This document shows, one piece after another, positions 9,701 through 16,899 of a stretch of DNA of 64,000 nt (the stretch's first letter is position 1; each line of letters begins with the position of its first letter). A model generated the notes under the pieces. That model had not been told where the DNA came from. It saw only the letters and a list, made by a program, of their open reading frames with translations, and did no database searches. Location of the stretch: NCBI GenBank assembly GCA_036480375.1, contig JAZGGI010000021.1, positions 10,083 to 74,082 on the forward strand, read 5' to 3'. This DNA is from Candidatus Zixiibacteriota bacterium (GTDB lineage Bacteria; Zixibacteria; MSB-5A5; GN15; JAAZOE01). The translations under genes and the position numbers were made by a program.

Positions 9701-9894
9701 GCGCTGAGAACCACCAGCTTGGCAAGAAGTCTGAATACTATGCTGATATATATTTTGGGGAAGGAGGTTTCTTTATGAATCCAGTCGATAATTTGCGCGG
9801 CCGTATCGGAATCGGACAAATATTTTGCCAAATCATCGCTTATAATATGATCGACAATTGTATTGGGATTCAAATCCTGCTTGGGCGTAGACAA
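6748..9894 (-). CDS. STAND/NLR-like P-loop NTPase with an N-terminal helical domain and a C-terminal array of 44-aa TPR/Sel1-like repeats
   Basis: 1048-aa ORF with three signatures.
- Walker A: IGSGGMGKSRLALEF (aa 219-232).
- Walker B-like: TLIIIDYA (aa 264-271), then RFLILER.
- About 10.5 tandem 44-aa helical repeats over aa 569-1048. Confidence 0.75.
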   Translation of the reverse strand: MSTPKQDLNPNTIVDHIISDDLAKYLSDSDTAAQIIDWIHKETSFPKIYISIVFRLLAKLVVLSAGVAGKWLSKNATERLSKIVQKVPYYNEIAGQVMKLKSTLDNKNQDRQLLEKILSGERPVRDAEFGDALSAELRTTLKTLSDTDEIKTDLKNLIADLESVIRPQPSLELKLLSVAPASRLNFRARRVPFIGREYEKNRLQDFLNAPKAFSWWIAIGSGGMGKSRLALEFCLRNGQPWRVGFLPESNKFADWVDWEPDGPTLIIIDYAAKRTSDVRSAILSLAQRNKPFPCPVRFLILERDAEGQWYDKFLGSGSSKYIIEEIRFDEPLNLPSFSEDDVWGLASFVIKGHNKTLPNKSEFLQSLRKIDPECRPLYGTLAAEAVVHNQDIYAWDKTRLLDDVLEREENEFWLLGDEGQTYKNLLALATMTGHLPIAYLKNNDSDLSLPSPANFNTEKFEKMSGSRISDTLPPLEPDIIGEYFVLKHLDSGHPELNNIAEKMRRIAWKISPSGFADFLNRCIRDFHDHKILAHILKCADRSEEETTLWSILAINILYYGGAKFSLEQSRSYYEDLKTLATRYKDSSLIRKSRAKGTVNLITICANKDELPQARELYDELAALAGKYPDEPEIRLARAQGTVNLIAAYANKGEIAQAAQLYNELATLAGKYSDEPEIRLEQAKGAFNLINDYANKGKLPQARELYDELAALAGSYPDEQEIRLIHAKGAYNLILAYGNKDELSQARKLYDELAALAGKYPDEPEIRPARAKGAVNLISAYGNKGEVAQARKLYDELAALAGKCPDEQEIRLARAQGAANLILAYGNKGEVEQARELYDELAALAGKYPDEQEIRLTHARGAYNLTIYYYKKEKFAKAQEIYDDLSALSDKYDGPEIRLAQAKCAYNLIFAYANMGEVAKTRKLYDELGALAGNYPDEPEIRLRQAQGAYNLIFAYANMGEVAKARKLYDELGALADKYSDEPEIRLEQAKGAYNLITIYGNKGELEQVQQLYEELNELANKYPDEQEIRKLLALFDVNNNEDEATDKK
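6751..8190. repeat. Intragenic tandem repeat, 132-bp period, about 10.9 copies (encodes the 44-aa repeats of the STAND protein)
   Basis: The string caaattgtagg recurs at 6910, 7042 and 7174, exactly 132 bp apart. Neighbouring units are near-identical by eye, for example 6950-7080 versus 7082-7212. Confidence 0.9.
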
Positions 9895-9989
9895 TCAGAT
9901 TCTCCTTTTGACCTTTGAATATATGCCCTGCAATATAACTACCAAGAAATAATATATACTTAATTCATACCAAAAAGCAAGGAATTTTG

Positions 9990-10122
9990 CTTTTGCCTCC
10001 ACCCTCCGGAGGCAACCGGGCGGCTCGCGAGCCGCCCCTGCAGGAGATTGATGTCATAGCCCGTAATCAACATCGATTTGATATGCCCCAAAACGTTAAT
10101 TTGAGGAAACAAACCCATTTTG
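9990..10122. repeat. Intergenic repeat element, copy A (GC palindrome plus conserved flanking module)
   Basis: The perfect palindrome gggcggctcgcgagccgccc (10018-10037) is followed by ctgcagg. The 16-mer ttgatatgccccaaaa (10078-10093) is identical to 63375-63390, and the surrounding ~50 nt are clearly homologous. Confidence 0.5.
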
Positions 10123-10351
10123 ATAAACTGATTTTAGGCCAATCCGGATTTTTTTTGGCAATTAGGAATTAATTATTGCATCTACCAGGCATATTTCAAA
10201 TTCGCGGTTAGGGTCAGGATACTCAACATTGCCCGGTAAAAGGCTCTCATGCGAACGATAAAATGGGAAAAAACAGACCCGCCGGAAAACACCGGTCCCT
10301 CTGAAGAAGATTACAGGACTGAAGACATTGTCTTAAAGAATTTATGATCGT

Positions 10352-11236
10352 TTATTCTTGTCTTTTATATTGGAATGAGTCAAACGGCTCAAGAAGAATA
10401 TGGGCGTCCGGCATGTGCTCCTTAAAGATGTTAATATATTGCTCCTGTACTTTGGCGTCGGGAGTAAAATGCATAAATACAATTTCCTCAGGTTCGATAA
10501 TATTAAAAAAGACGTTCTGGGATTCAGCACTGATATCGTAAAATCCGATGAATAGAATATCGGTTTTAACGCCTTCATCACGCAGTTTCTGAAAACAGCT
10601 TTCGTGATTTTTCAGCCGCGCGTCACCGATATGCATAATATTATTGCCGTTGATAGTGAAGAGGTATCCCAGGTTTTGAGTATGTGCATGCTTATCGTAC
10701 TGTTCCCCGGTTTCTTCATCGGTTATCATGTATGAACCATGAGCCAGACCAAGCGCGCGGATTGAAATATCAGAGATGACGATTTCAACCCATAAATCTT
10801 TTTCGGGCGCAAGTGCTATTACCCGCTCGCTTATTAATTCGAAATTTGAACATGAATCCCGGAGCATCTCGAAAACCTGGGACGGGCCCACCAGAATGGC
10901 ATCCCTATTAGATTCCAGATGTCTCGCGGCAGAAACCGGATCAAAATGATCGAAGTGCCTGTGGGTAACGAAAACAATATCAATATCATCGAAGGGCGGT
11001 AACGCCTGCTCCATTTTTTCTAAGGTGCTATCAGACGGCCCATAATAATATTGTTCGTCGCCTTCAATATTAAAAATGGCGTCAATCAATACTTTCTTAT
11101 CCGCTGATTGTATGAGATAGCCGTCGCTGGCGATGTATGTCACGGTTACATCGGAATATCGCTGACCCTGGCAGCCGGTAATTGTAATCAGAATAGAAAC
11201 AAATATAATAAAGGTAAAAATCCGTTTCGACTTCAT
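10352..11236 (-). CDS. MBL-fold metallo-hydrolase, probable lipoprotein
   Basis: It carries the HxHxDH motif (THRHFDHFD). The N-terminus MKSKRIFTFIIFVSILITITGC has a lipobox-like ITGC. The start is taken at the internal Met (ORF track start is 11251). Confidence 0.7.
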   Translation of the reverse strand: MKSKRIFTFIIFVSILITITGCQGQRYSDVTVTYIASDGYLIQSADKKVLIDAIFNIEGDEQYYYGPSDSTLEKMEQALPPFDDIDIVFVTHRHFDHFDPVSAARHLESNRDAILVGPSQVFEMLRDSCSNFELISERVIALAPEKDLWVEIVISDISIRALGLAHGSYMITDEETGEQYDKHAHTQNLGYLFTINGNNIMHIGDARLKNHESCFQKLRDEGVKTDILFIGFYDISAESQNVFFNIIEPEEIVFMHFTPDAKVQEQYINIFKEHMPDAHILLEPFDSFQYKRQE

Positions 11237-11339
11237 AATAGTGCCTCCCAAGTGATTATTCGATAATTAGGACGTGGAATAAATCTAAGTGTTTTAAATA
11301 ATTCCATCGAATGATTCTTAAAAATATTAACCGAACTTG

Positions 11340-11849
11340 TTACTTCTTCCGATTCACGGCCACGATGATTAAAGCGATAGCGATCAGGGCAACTGTGGCA
11401 ATGATAACTATCGGCATACCAATATCAATTTCGCCTTTGGCTGAAAAGATAATAAGAAAAAGTATTCCTATTGCAAGAAATACAATACCCAGAATACTCA
11501 CGACTAATGCTCCGGCACCAACACCGACATTCGTACGATATGGATCGGTTTCGCGGAACTGATCGTTCTTTCGTTCATCAATTCGTCTCTTAAACCGAAC
11601 CCTGTTATTATCGAATTTTTCAACAAGTTCCCAACCTGACTTAGCTTCTTCCTCAATTACTTTTCTCAGGTTATCAGGTTTTCTGAAATACTCCGTATTT
11701 GCTCTAACGATTTTGAATTCCCAATCCTTCAGATCATCCGAATTATAATTGGTCATTATTTCTTCCTCCTTGCGGAGCATCTCAGCTCGTTTAGCTGCGG
11801 CGACGGCAGCGATCACGCCGCCGGTCACGGCGGGTGTTACTCCGGACAT
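11340..11849 (-). CDS. Hypothetical membrane protein (DUF4177-like soluble domain plus C-terminal TM helices)
   Basis: 169-aa ORF. The WEFKIV...GWELVEKFDNNRVRFKRR pattern resembles DUF4177. Two hydrophobic C-terminal segments follow. Confidence 0.4.
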   Translation of the reverse strand: MSGVTPAVTGGVIAAVAAAKRAEMLRKEEEIMTNYNSDDLKDWEFKIVRANTEYFRKPDNLRKVIEEEAKSGWELVEKFDNNRVRFKRRIDERKNDQFRETDPYRTNVGVGAGALVVSILGIVFLAIGILFLIIFSAKGEIDIGMPIVIIATVALIAIALIIVAVNRKK

Positions 11850-12074
11850 ATTTCCTCCATTTTAATCAATATACCGAAAACCAACAATAAAACTCAAATC
11901 TTTATTAAAAAATACAGCTAATCCCCTTGACAATAAGGACATACGAGTAATAAAAAATATATAAATCCTCCATTCTGTGATTGCCTTTTGCGTTGAAAAC
12001 CCGTATTATAAGAATCTGTTATAGCCTGCCTTAATTGGCGTAACTTGTTTTAATAAAGAGAGATAAGTAGCAAT

Positions 12075-14576
12075 ATGGACTTACAGCATCAGAAAATTAT
12101 CCCGATTTTTCTCGAAGAGGAAATGAAAAATTCATACTTAGATTATTCCATGTCGGTTATTACCAATCGAGCCCTGCCGGATGTCCGCGATGGTCTTAAA
12201 CCATCCAACCGTCGCATCCTCGTGGCCATGCATGAATTAAATCTTTCTCCCGGACGGCCTCATCGAAAATGCGCTAAAATCGCCGGTGATACCTCCGGTA
12301 ATTATCACCCGCACGGCGAGCAGGTTGTTTATCCGACGCTGGTTCGTATGGCTCAGGATTTCAATATGCGCTATCCCCTGGTGGATGGACAGGGTAATTT
12401 CGGTTCCATTGACGGCGACGGCGCCGCGGCTATGCGATATACCGAAGCCCGGTTGACCCCGATAGCGATGGAGATGATGGTCGATATCGAAAAAGAAACC
12501 GTTGATTTCATACCCAACTACGACGGGACTCTGAAAGAGCCGACGGTTTTACCGGGACGATTTCCTGATCTGATATGCAACGGGACAACCGGCATCGCGG
12601 TCGGTATGGCGACAAGCATCGCGCCGCATAACCTGACTGAGATATGCGCCGCCATAAATGCCATAATCGAAGATCCCGAAGTTGATAACGAATCACTTAT
12701 GGAAATAGTCCCCGGGCCGGATTTTCCCACCAGCGGAATTATATACGGCCGCGAAGGCATCAAAGAGGCGTATAGAACAGGCCGTGGAAGAATTACTCTG
12801 CGGGCCCGAGCCGTCACCGAAAAACAAAAAAATGGCAAAGAGCATATTGTCATCACAGAAATTCCGTTTCAGGTTAATAAATCCAGCCTTTTGATGCGCA
12901 TTGCCGATCTGGTGCGCGACAAAAAGCTGATCGGCATATCCGACCTGCGTGATGAATCGGATCGTGACGGTTTAAGAATCGTTGTCGAACTCAAGCGCGA
13001 CGCCCAGCCTGAAATCGTACTCAATCAGCTTTACAGCCATACCAATCTACAGACGACATTCTCGATAATTAATCTGGTTCTGGATAAAGGCGTCCCGAAG
13101 TTACTATCTCTGAAAAACCTTCTGGAATTATACATTGACCATCGTCATGAAGTTGTCGTCCGACGGACCAGGCACGATCTGCGCAAAGCTGAAGCCCGGG
13201 CTCATATTCTTGAAGGTTACAAAATAGCGCTGGATAATATCGATGCCGTAATAGCTCTTATTAAAAAGTCAAAGTCCGTTCCCGATGCCCGGGAAGGCTT
13301 GATAAAGAAATTCAAATTATCCGAGATTCAGGCCAATGCCATTCTCGAAATGCGGTTGCAGAAACTGACCGGGCTGGAACGTGAAAAAATTGAAAAAGAG
13401 TATCTTGAAACCATAAAAAAGATCGAGGAATACAAATCGATTTTGGATTCCAAGCCGCGCCGGATGCGTATTATCCGGGACGAAGTCAAGGATCTCAAGA
13501 AGAAATACGGCGATGATCGGCTGACCGAGATTATCGACGAAACCGAAGACTTGACGATTGAGGATTTGATTGCCGATGAAGAAATGGTTATCACCATCAC
13601 TCATACCGGATATATCAAATCACTTTCGGTCTCAGCGTACCGGAGGCAAAACCGGGGCGGCAAAGGCGTCATCGGTATGGAAACCAAAGAAGAAGATTTC
13701 GCCGAGCATGTCTTTATCGCCACCTCGCATCAGTATATCCTGTTTTTTAGCACAATCGGGCGATGTTACTGGGTTAAAGTGCATGAAATACCACGGGGAG
13801 GGCGCCTCGCCAAAGGCCGGCCGATCGTCAATATGTTAAAATTATCGCAGGGCGAAAGAATCTCGACCTTTACCCGTGTGCGGGAATTTACTCCGGATAA
13901 ATATATTATCATGGCCACCCGCAATGGTGTCATCAAAAAGACTTCGCTGGATTCATATTCCAATCCTCGCGTCACGGGAATTAATGCCATAACGCTCCGC
14001 AAAGGCGATGAGCTGATTCGTTGCGCCCTAAGCGACGGAACCAACGATATCCTCCTCGGAACCCGCAAAGGTCAGGCAATACGATTCCCCGAAGATAAAG
14101 TCCGGGCGATGGGACGTACCGCCGCCGGCGTCAAGGCTATTAAACTCGGCAAAGGCGATGAAGTTGTCGGGATGGTTGTCATCAAGCGCCAATCGACCAT
14201 TCTGGCCGTAACCGAAAACGGATACGGCAAGCGGACCAGCGTGGCCGACTACCGTATAACCAACCGCGGCGGGAAGGGCATCATCAATATCAAATGTTCC
14301 GAGCGCAACGGCAATGTCGTTGCGGTCAAGGAAGTGCTCGATGATGATGAACTTATCATGATGACCAAAGGCGGAATCGCCAATCGCATGGCGGTCAAAT
14401 CGGTCAATACTATCGGCCGCAATACTCAGGGCGTGCGAATGATTTCGCTCAAAGGCAAAGATAAACTGACCGACGTCGCGGTTGTCTTCGGCAGCCGAAA
14501 GAAACTGGCCGAAAACGGCAACGGTAACAACGGTAATAATAATGCTAATGAGAATCAGGAAGAATTAGACGTTTAG
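12075..14576 (+). CDS. gyrA: DNA gyrase subunit A
   Basis: 833-aa ORF with the conserved N-terminus YLDYSMSVITNRALPDVRDGLKPSNRRIL, the active-site region AAAMRYTEARL, and C-terminal beta-pinwheel repeats. It ends in an Asn/Gly-rich tail. Confidence 0.97.
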   Translation: MDLQHQKIIPIFLEEEMKNSYLDYSMSVITNRALPDVRDGLKPSNRRILVAMHELNLSPGRPHRKCAKIAGDTSGNYHPHGEQVVYPTLVRMAQDFNMRYPLVDGQGNFGSIDGDGAAAMRYTEARLTPIAMEMMVDIEKETVDFIPNYDGTLKEPTVLPGRFPDLICNGTTGIAVGMATSIAPHNLTEICAAINAIIEDPEVDNESLMEIVPGPDFPTSGIIYGREGIKEAYRTGRGRITLRARAVTEKQKNGKEHIVITEIPFQVNKSSLLMRIADLVRDKKLIGISDLRDESDRDGLRIVVELKRDAQPEIVLNQLYSHTNLQTTFSIINLVLDKGVPKLLSLKNLLELYIDHRHEVVVRRTRHDLRKAEARAHILEGYKIALDNIDAVIALIKKSKSVPDAREGLIKKFKLSEIQANAILEMRLQKLTGLEREKIEKEYLETIKKIEEYKSILDSKPRRMRIIRDEVKDLKKKYGDDRLTEIIDETEDLTIEDLIADEEMVITITHTGYIKSLSVSAYRRQNRGGKGVIGMETKEEDFAEHVFIATSHQYILFFSTIGRCYWVKVHEIPRGGRLAKGRPIVNMLKLSQGERISTFTRVREFTPDKYIIMATRNGVIKKTSLDSYSNPRVTGINAITLRKGDELIRCALSDGTNDILLGTRKGQAIRFPEDKVRAMGRTAAGVKAIKLGKGDEVVGMVVIKRQSTILAVTENGYGKRTSVADYRITNRGGKGIINIKCSERNGNVVAVKEVLDDDELIMMTKGGIANRMAVKSVNTIGRNTQGVRMISLKGKDKLTDVAVVFGSRKKLAENGNGNNGNNNANENQEELDV

Positions 14577-14601
14577 AATATTTTGCTTCGAGATTATCAA
14601 T

Positions 14602-14630
14602 AGCCGCCTTATTTTTCGGGCGGCTTTTTT
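14602..14630. terminator. Rho-independent terminator between convergent gyrA and the GYD gene
   Basis: Stem agccgcc (14602-14608) pairs with ggcggct (14619-14625) and is followed by a T-run. Confidence 0.6.
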
Positions 14631-14636
14631 AATATT

Positions 14637-14918
14637 TTATATCAGTCTCGAAAAGTCCTCATAAGAAATTACCGGCCAGGTTTCGGTTTCCAATATGCCC
14701 CGGCTGTTTATCTCGGACGCTACCCGAAACGCGGTGGTCTGGTCGTCGGCGTCGAATAAAGCGATATAATCGTACCGCCCCAGCGTCGCGAATAGATTAT
14801 CAACTTTCACATTATTTTTTGAAAATACATCCAACGATGCGTTGATTTGATGCGATAAATCCGGATGTGCTTTTTTGGCGTCGGAATTGATATTCATTGC
14901 CATAATAAAAGTCGCCAT
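14637..14918 (-). CDS. GYD domain-containing protein
   Basis: 93-aa ORF. TLGRYDYIALFDADDQTTAFRVASEINSRGILETETWPV fits the GYD family pattern (G-Y-D core followed by ...G...T.T). Confidence 0.55.
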   Translation of the reverse strand: MATFIMAMNINSDAKKAHPDLSHQINASLDVFSKNNVKVDNLFATLGRYDYIALFDADDQTTAFRVASEINSRGILETETWPVISYEDFSRLI

Positions 14919-15191
14919 AAGTTACCTCCCACGATATTTAAAAAATCCCATGCTTTCGTTTATTAGTTGATTTAGTTCCATTGATATTTCTCAAGTGATA
15001 CGTTTTGAAACGACGATTTTTAATATAAATCAATAAGCAAATTGCCTCCACCCTCTTGCGCCGCCAACGATAATTTTATATAATAGTATTAGTTCAAATC
15101 TTGATGTACATCTGGGACTGAAGAATAGATTTCTAATCTGGTTCTTTGGTTAAGACATCATCGCGCGAAAACCATATCAACTATACGAGGT

Positions 15192-15728
15192 ATGGTCATG
15201 CCGGAACAAACGTATTCAGCGGAAACGGCCGAAAAATTGGTCGTCGTGTCGTCAGAACTCTGCACGGAAATGACTAATTATTTAATCACTCGCGGCTATT
15301 TTTTGAAATTAGCCCATATCGGCTCAATCTTACGGGAGAATTTTGTCGCTATCCTGTGCGTGCTGTCCCTCAAGGAAAATATCATCTCCAGCGTCGATGA
15401 AATGAAGGAGCTTTTGGAAAATTCCAAAACCCCGCTGCGTGACTGGCTGACGGCCGTCTATGCTGCCACCAATCGAGAATATGATTATGAGAACCTGGTA
15501 ACCAATACGATTGATGATTTGTACCCCTATTATAATCAATGGTGCCGCGAACTCTTCACCGATGAGGAAGTAAACGGCAAAGATATCGGTAAATGGATAC
15601 CTGCCGCGACGGCCGCCTGCGTTAAAAATATAACCGATGAATTGGAAATGGATCTGGACGTCAACCTGTCCCATGAAGTTGATGACCTCAATGAGATTAT
15701 ATATCGCTATATCGAAAAACTGAGTTAA
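15192..15728 (+). CDS. Hypothetical protein
   Basis: 178-aa ORF with a plausible RBS (gagg) upstream. I recognise no family. Confidence 0.4.
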   Translation: MVMPEQTYSAETAEKLVVVSSELCTEMTNYLITRGYFLKLAHIGSILRENFVAILCVLSLKENIISSVDEMKELLENSKTPLRDWLTAVYAATNREYDYENLVTNTIDDLYPYYNQWCRELFTDEEVNGKDIGKWIPAATAACVKNITDELEMDLDVNLSHEVDDLNEIIYRYIEKLS

Positions 15729-15884
15729 ACCTCATCTCTGAACCAGGAATTATTCATTTGTATTCAATTCTCACCGTGAAACATTGGCCTGCAGATATCG
15801 TAGAAATATTTATATGCGGATTTTTTGAGGGGTATAGTAAATAGGCAGGAATAATTAAATCTATTGTCGGCAAGTGAGGCATAT

Positions 15885-16739
15885 ATGAATCTCAATCGCA
15901 AAATGGTATTAGTAATTGGTTTGGCGTCTTTGACGCTCTTCTCGGGTGCTTTTGCCAAACCCAAAAAGGAAATCATAAAGACTTACGATGCCAAAGAATC
16001 AATCAGGATAAAAACTGTCAGCGGCGATTGTATCGTTGAAAAAGGGGATGCCGATAAAATTATCGTTCGCCTGGAATATTCCATTTATCCCGAGGACGTC
16101 TTTGAGCCAGAATTCAAGGAGAGAGACAACTCTTTGAGACTGGATGAGGAATTTTATGGGTCATCGTCGGGAAGCTCAAAATGGTATCTCTCGGTCCCCG
16201 ACGGCACCGACATAAGATTCTCGTCCGCATCGGGTAATTTTTCGGCGGAGGGATTGGATCTGGATGTGATTATTTCCACAGCTTCGGGAGATATTGATAT
16301 TCTTGATTGCGGGGGGAGATTTGAAGGTAGTACAGCCTCTGGTAATATATTATTAGAAGGATCGCGTGGAGAATTTAATCTATCGACGGCGTCGGGAAAT
16401 GTTGACGCGATGGAAACAAAATTCGAAGACGATTGCGAATTATCATCGGCGTCCGGCGATGTTCTCGTCAGGCTCACCGAAAGTCTGACCCATGACTTTA
16501 TTATCAGGTCGGCCTCCGGTGATGCCGTTCTGGATTATGACGGGAATCCGGTTAAGGGGTATTTTGAATTCGTTGTCAAGTATCGCGATGGACGCATCAA
16601 ATCGCCGTTTGATTACGATGATGAAGAAAAATTCCGCCGTTGGGGTGATCAGTATATTCGTAAATCTTTCACCAGGGAAACCGATAGCCTGGAAATTTCA
16701 ATTTTTTCTGCCTCCGGTCGGGCGGAGTTGCGCGACTAA
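15885..16739 (+). CDS. DUF4097-like beta-strand repeat protein (putative adhesin), exported
   Basis: A signal peptide (MNLNRKMVLVIGLASLTLFSGAFA) starts at ATG 15885, after gtgagg. ASG(D/N) motifs recur every ~20 aa: SASGNF, TASGDI, TASGNI, TASGNV, SASGDV, SASGDA, SASGRA. Confidence 0.6.
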   Translation: MNLNRKMVLVIGLASLTLFSGAFAKPKKEIIKTYDAKESIRIKTVSGDCIVEKGDADKIIVRLEYSIYPEDVFEPEFKERDNSLRLDEEFYGSSSGSSKWYLSVPDGTDIRFSSASGNFSAEGLDLDVIISTASGDIDILDCGGRFEGSTASGNILLEGSRGEFNLSTASGNVDAMETKFEDDCELSSASGDVLVRLTESLTHDFIIRSASGDAVLDYDGNPVKGYFEFVVKYRDGRIKSPFDYDDEEKFRRWGDQYIRKSFTRETDSLEISIFSASGRAELRD

Positions 16740-16768
16740 ATAGGATTTCGATTAATAAAACTCCAAAA

Positions 16769-16800
16769 AAACCTATTGTTTAAGCGATAGGTTTTATTTC
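16769..16800 (+). terminator. Possible rho-independent terminator
   Basis: Stem aaacctat pairs with ataggttt and a T-rich tail follows. The stem is AT-rich, so support is weak. Confidence 0.35.
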
Positions 16801-16899
16801 TTGACTTTAACATAAATATTTTATTTATATTCTAACACGCTTTTATAAGAATCACTCTTTATTAATGCGCTCAAATATATAAATCTGTATCGGGGGAGT

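Noticed and set aside
9993-10006. The 14-mer ttgcctccaccctc is shared with 15042-15055, both preceded by aagcaa. It was considered as a fourth copy of the repeat family.
   Set aside because: With about 2e9 position pairs in 64 kb and 4^14 of about 2.7e8, several exact 14-mer matches are expected by chance. The flanking similarity is weak and needs an indel. This is not enough evidence on its own.
9987-10172. Small ORFs 9987-10172 and 63350-63598 share a peptide-level match (HR.DMPQ.VN..K.TH.), which could suggest a conserved small protein.
   Set aside because: The similarity is explained by the shared nucleotide repeat module. Codon-by-codon comparison shows substitutions at all three positions, with only 2 of ~10 synonymous. 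The ORFs differ in start and length, and one begins inside a GC palindrome. I treat them as non-coding repeats, though a proper dN/dS test over many copies could revisit this.
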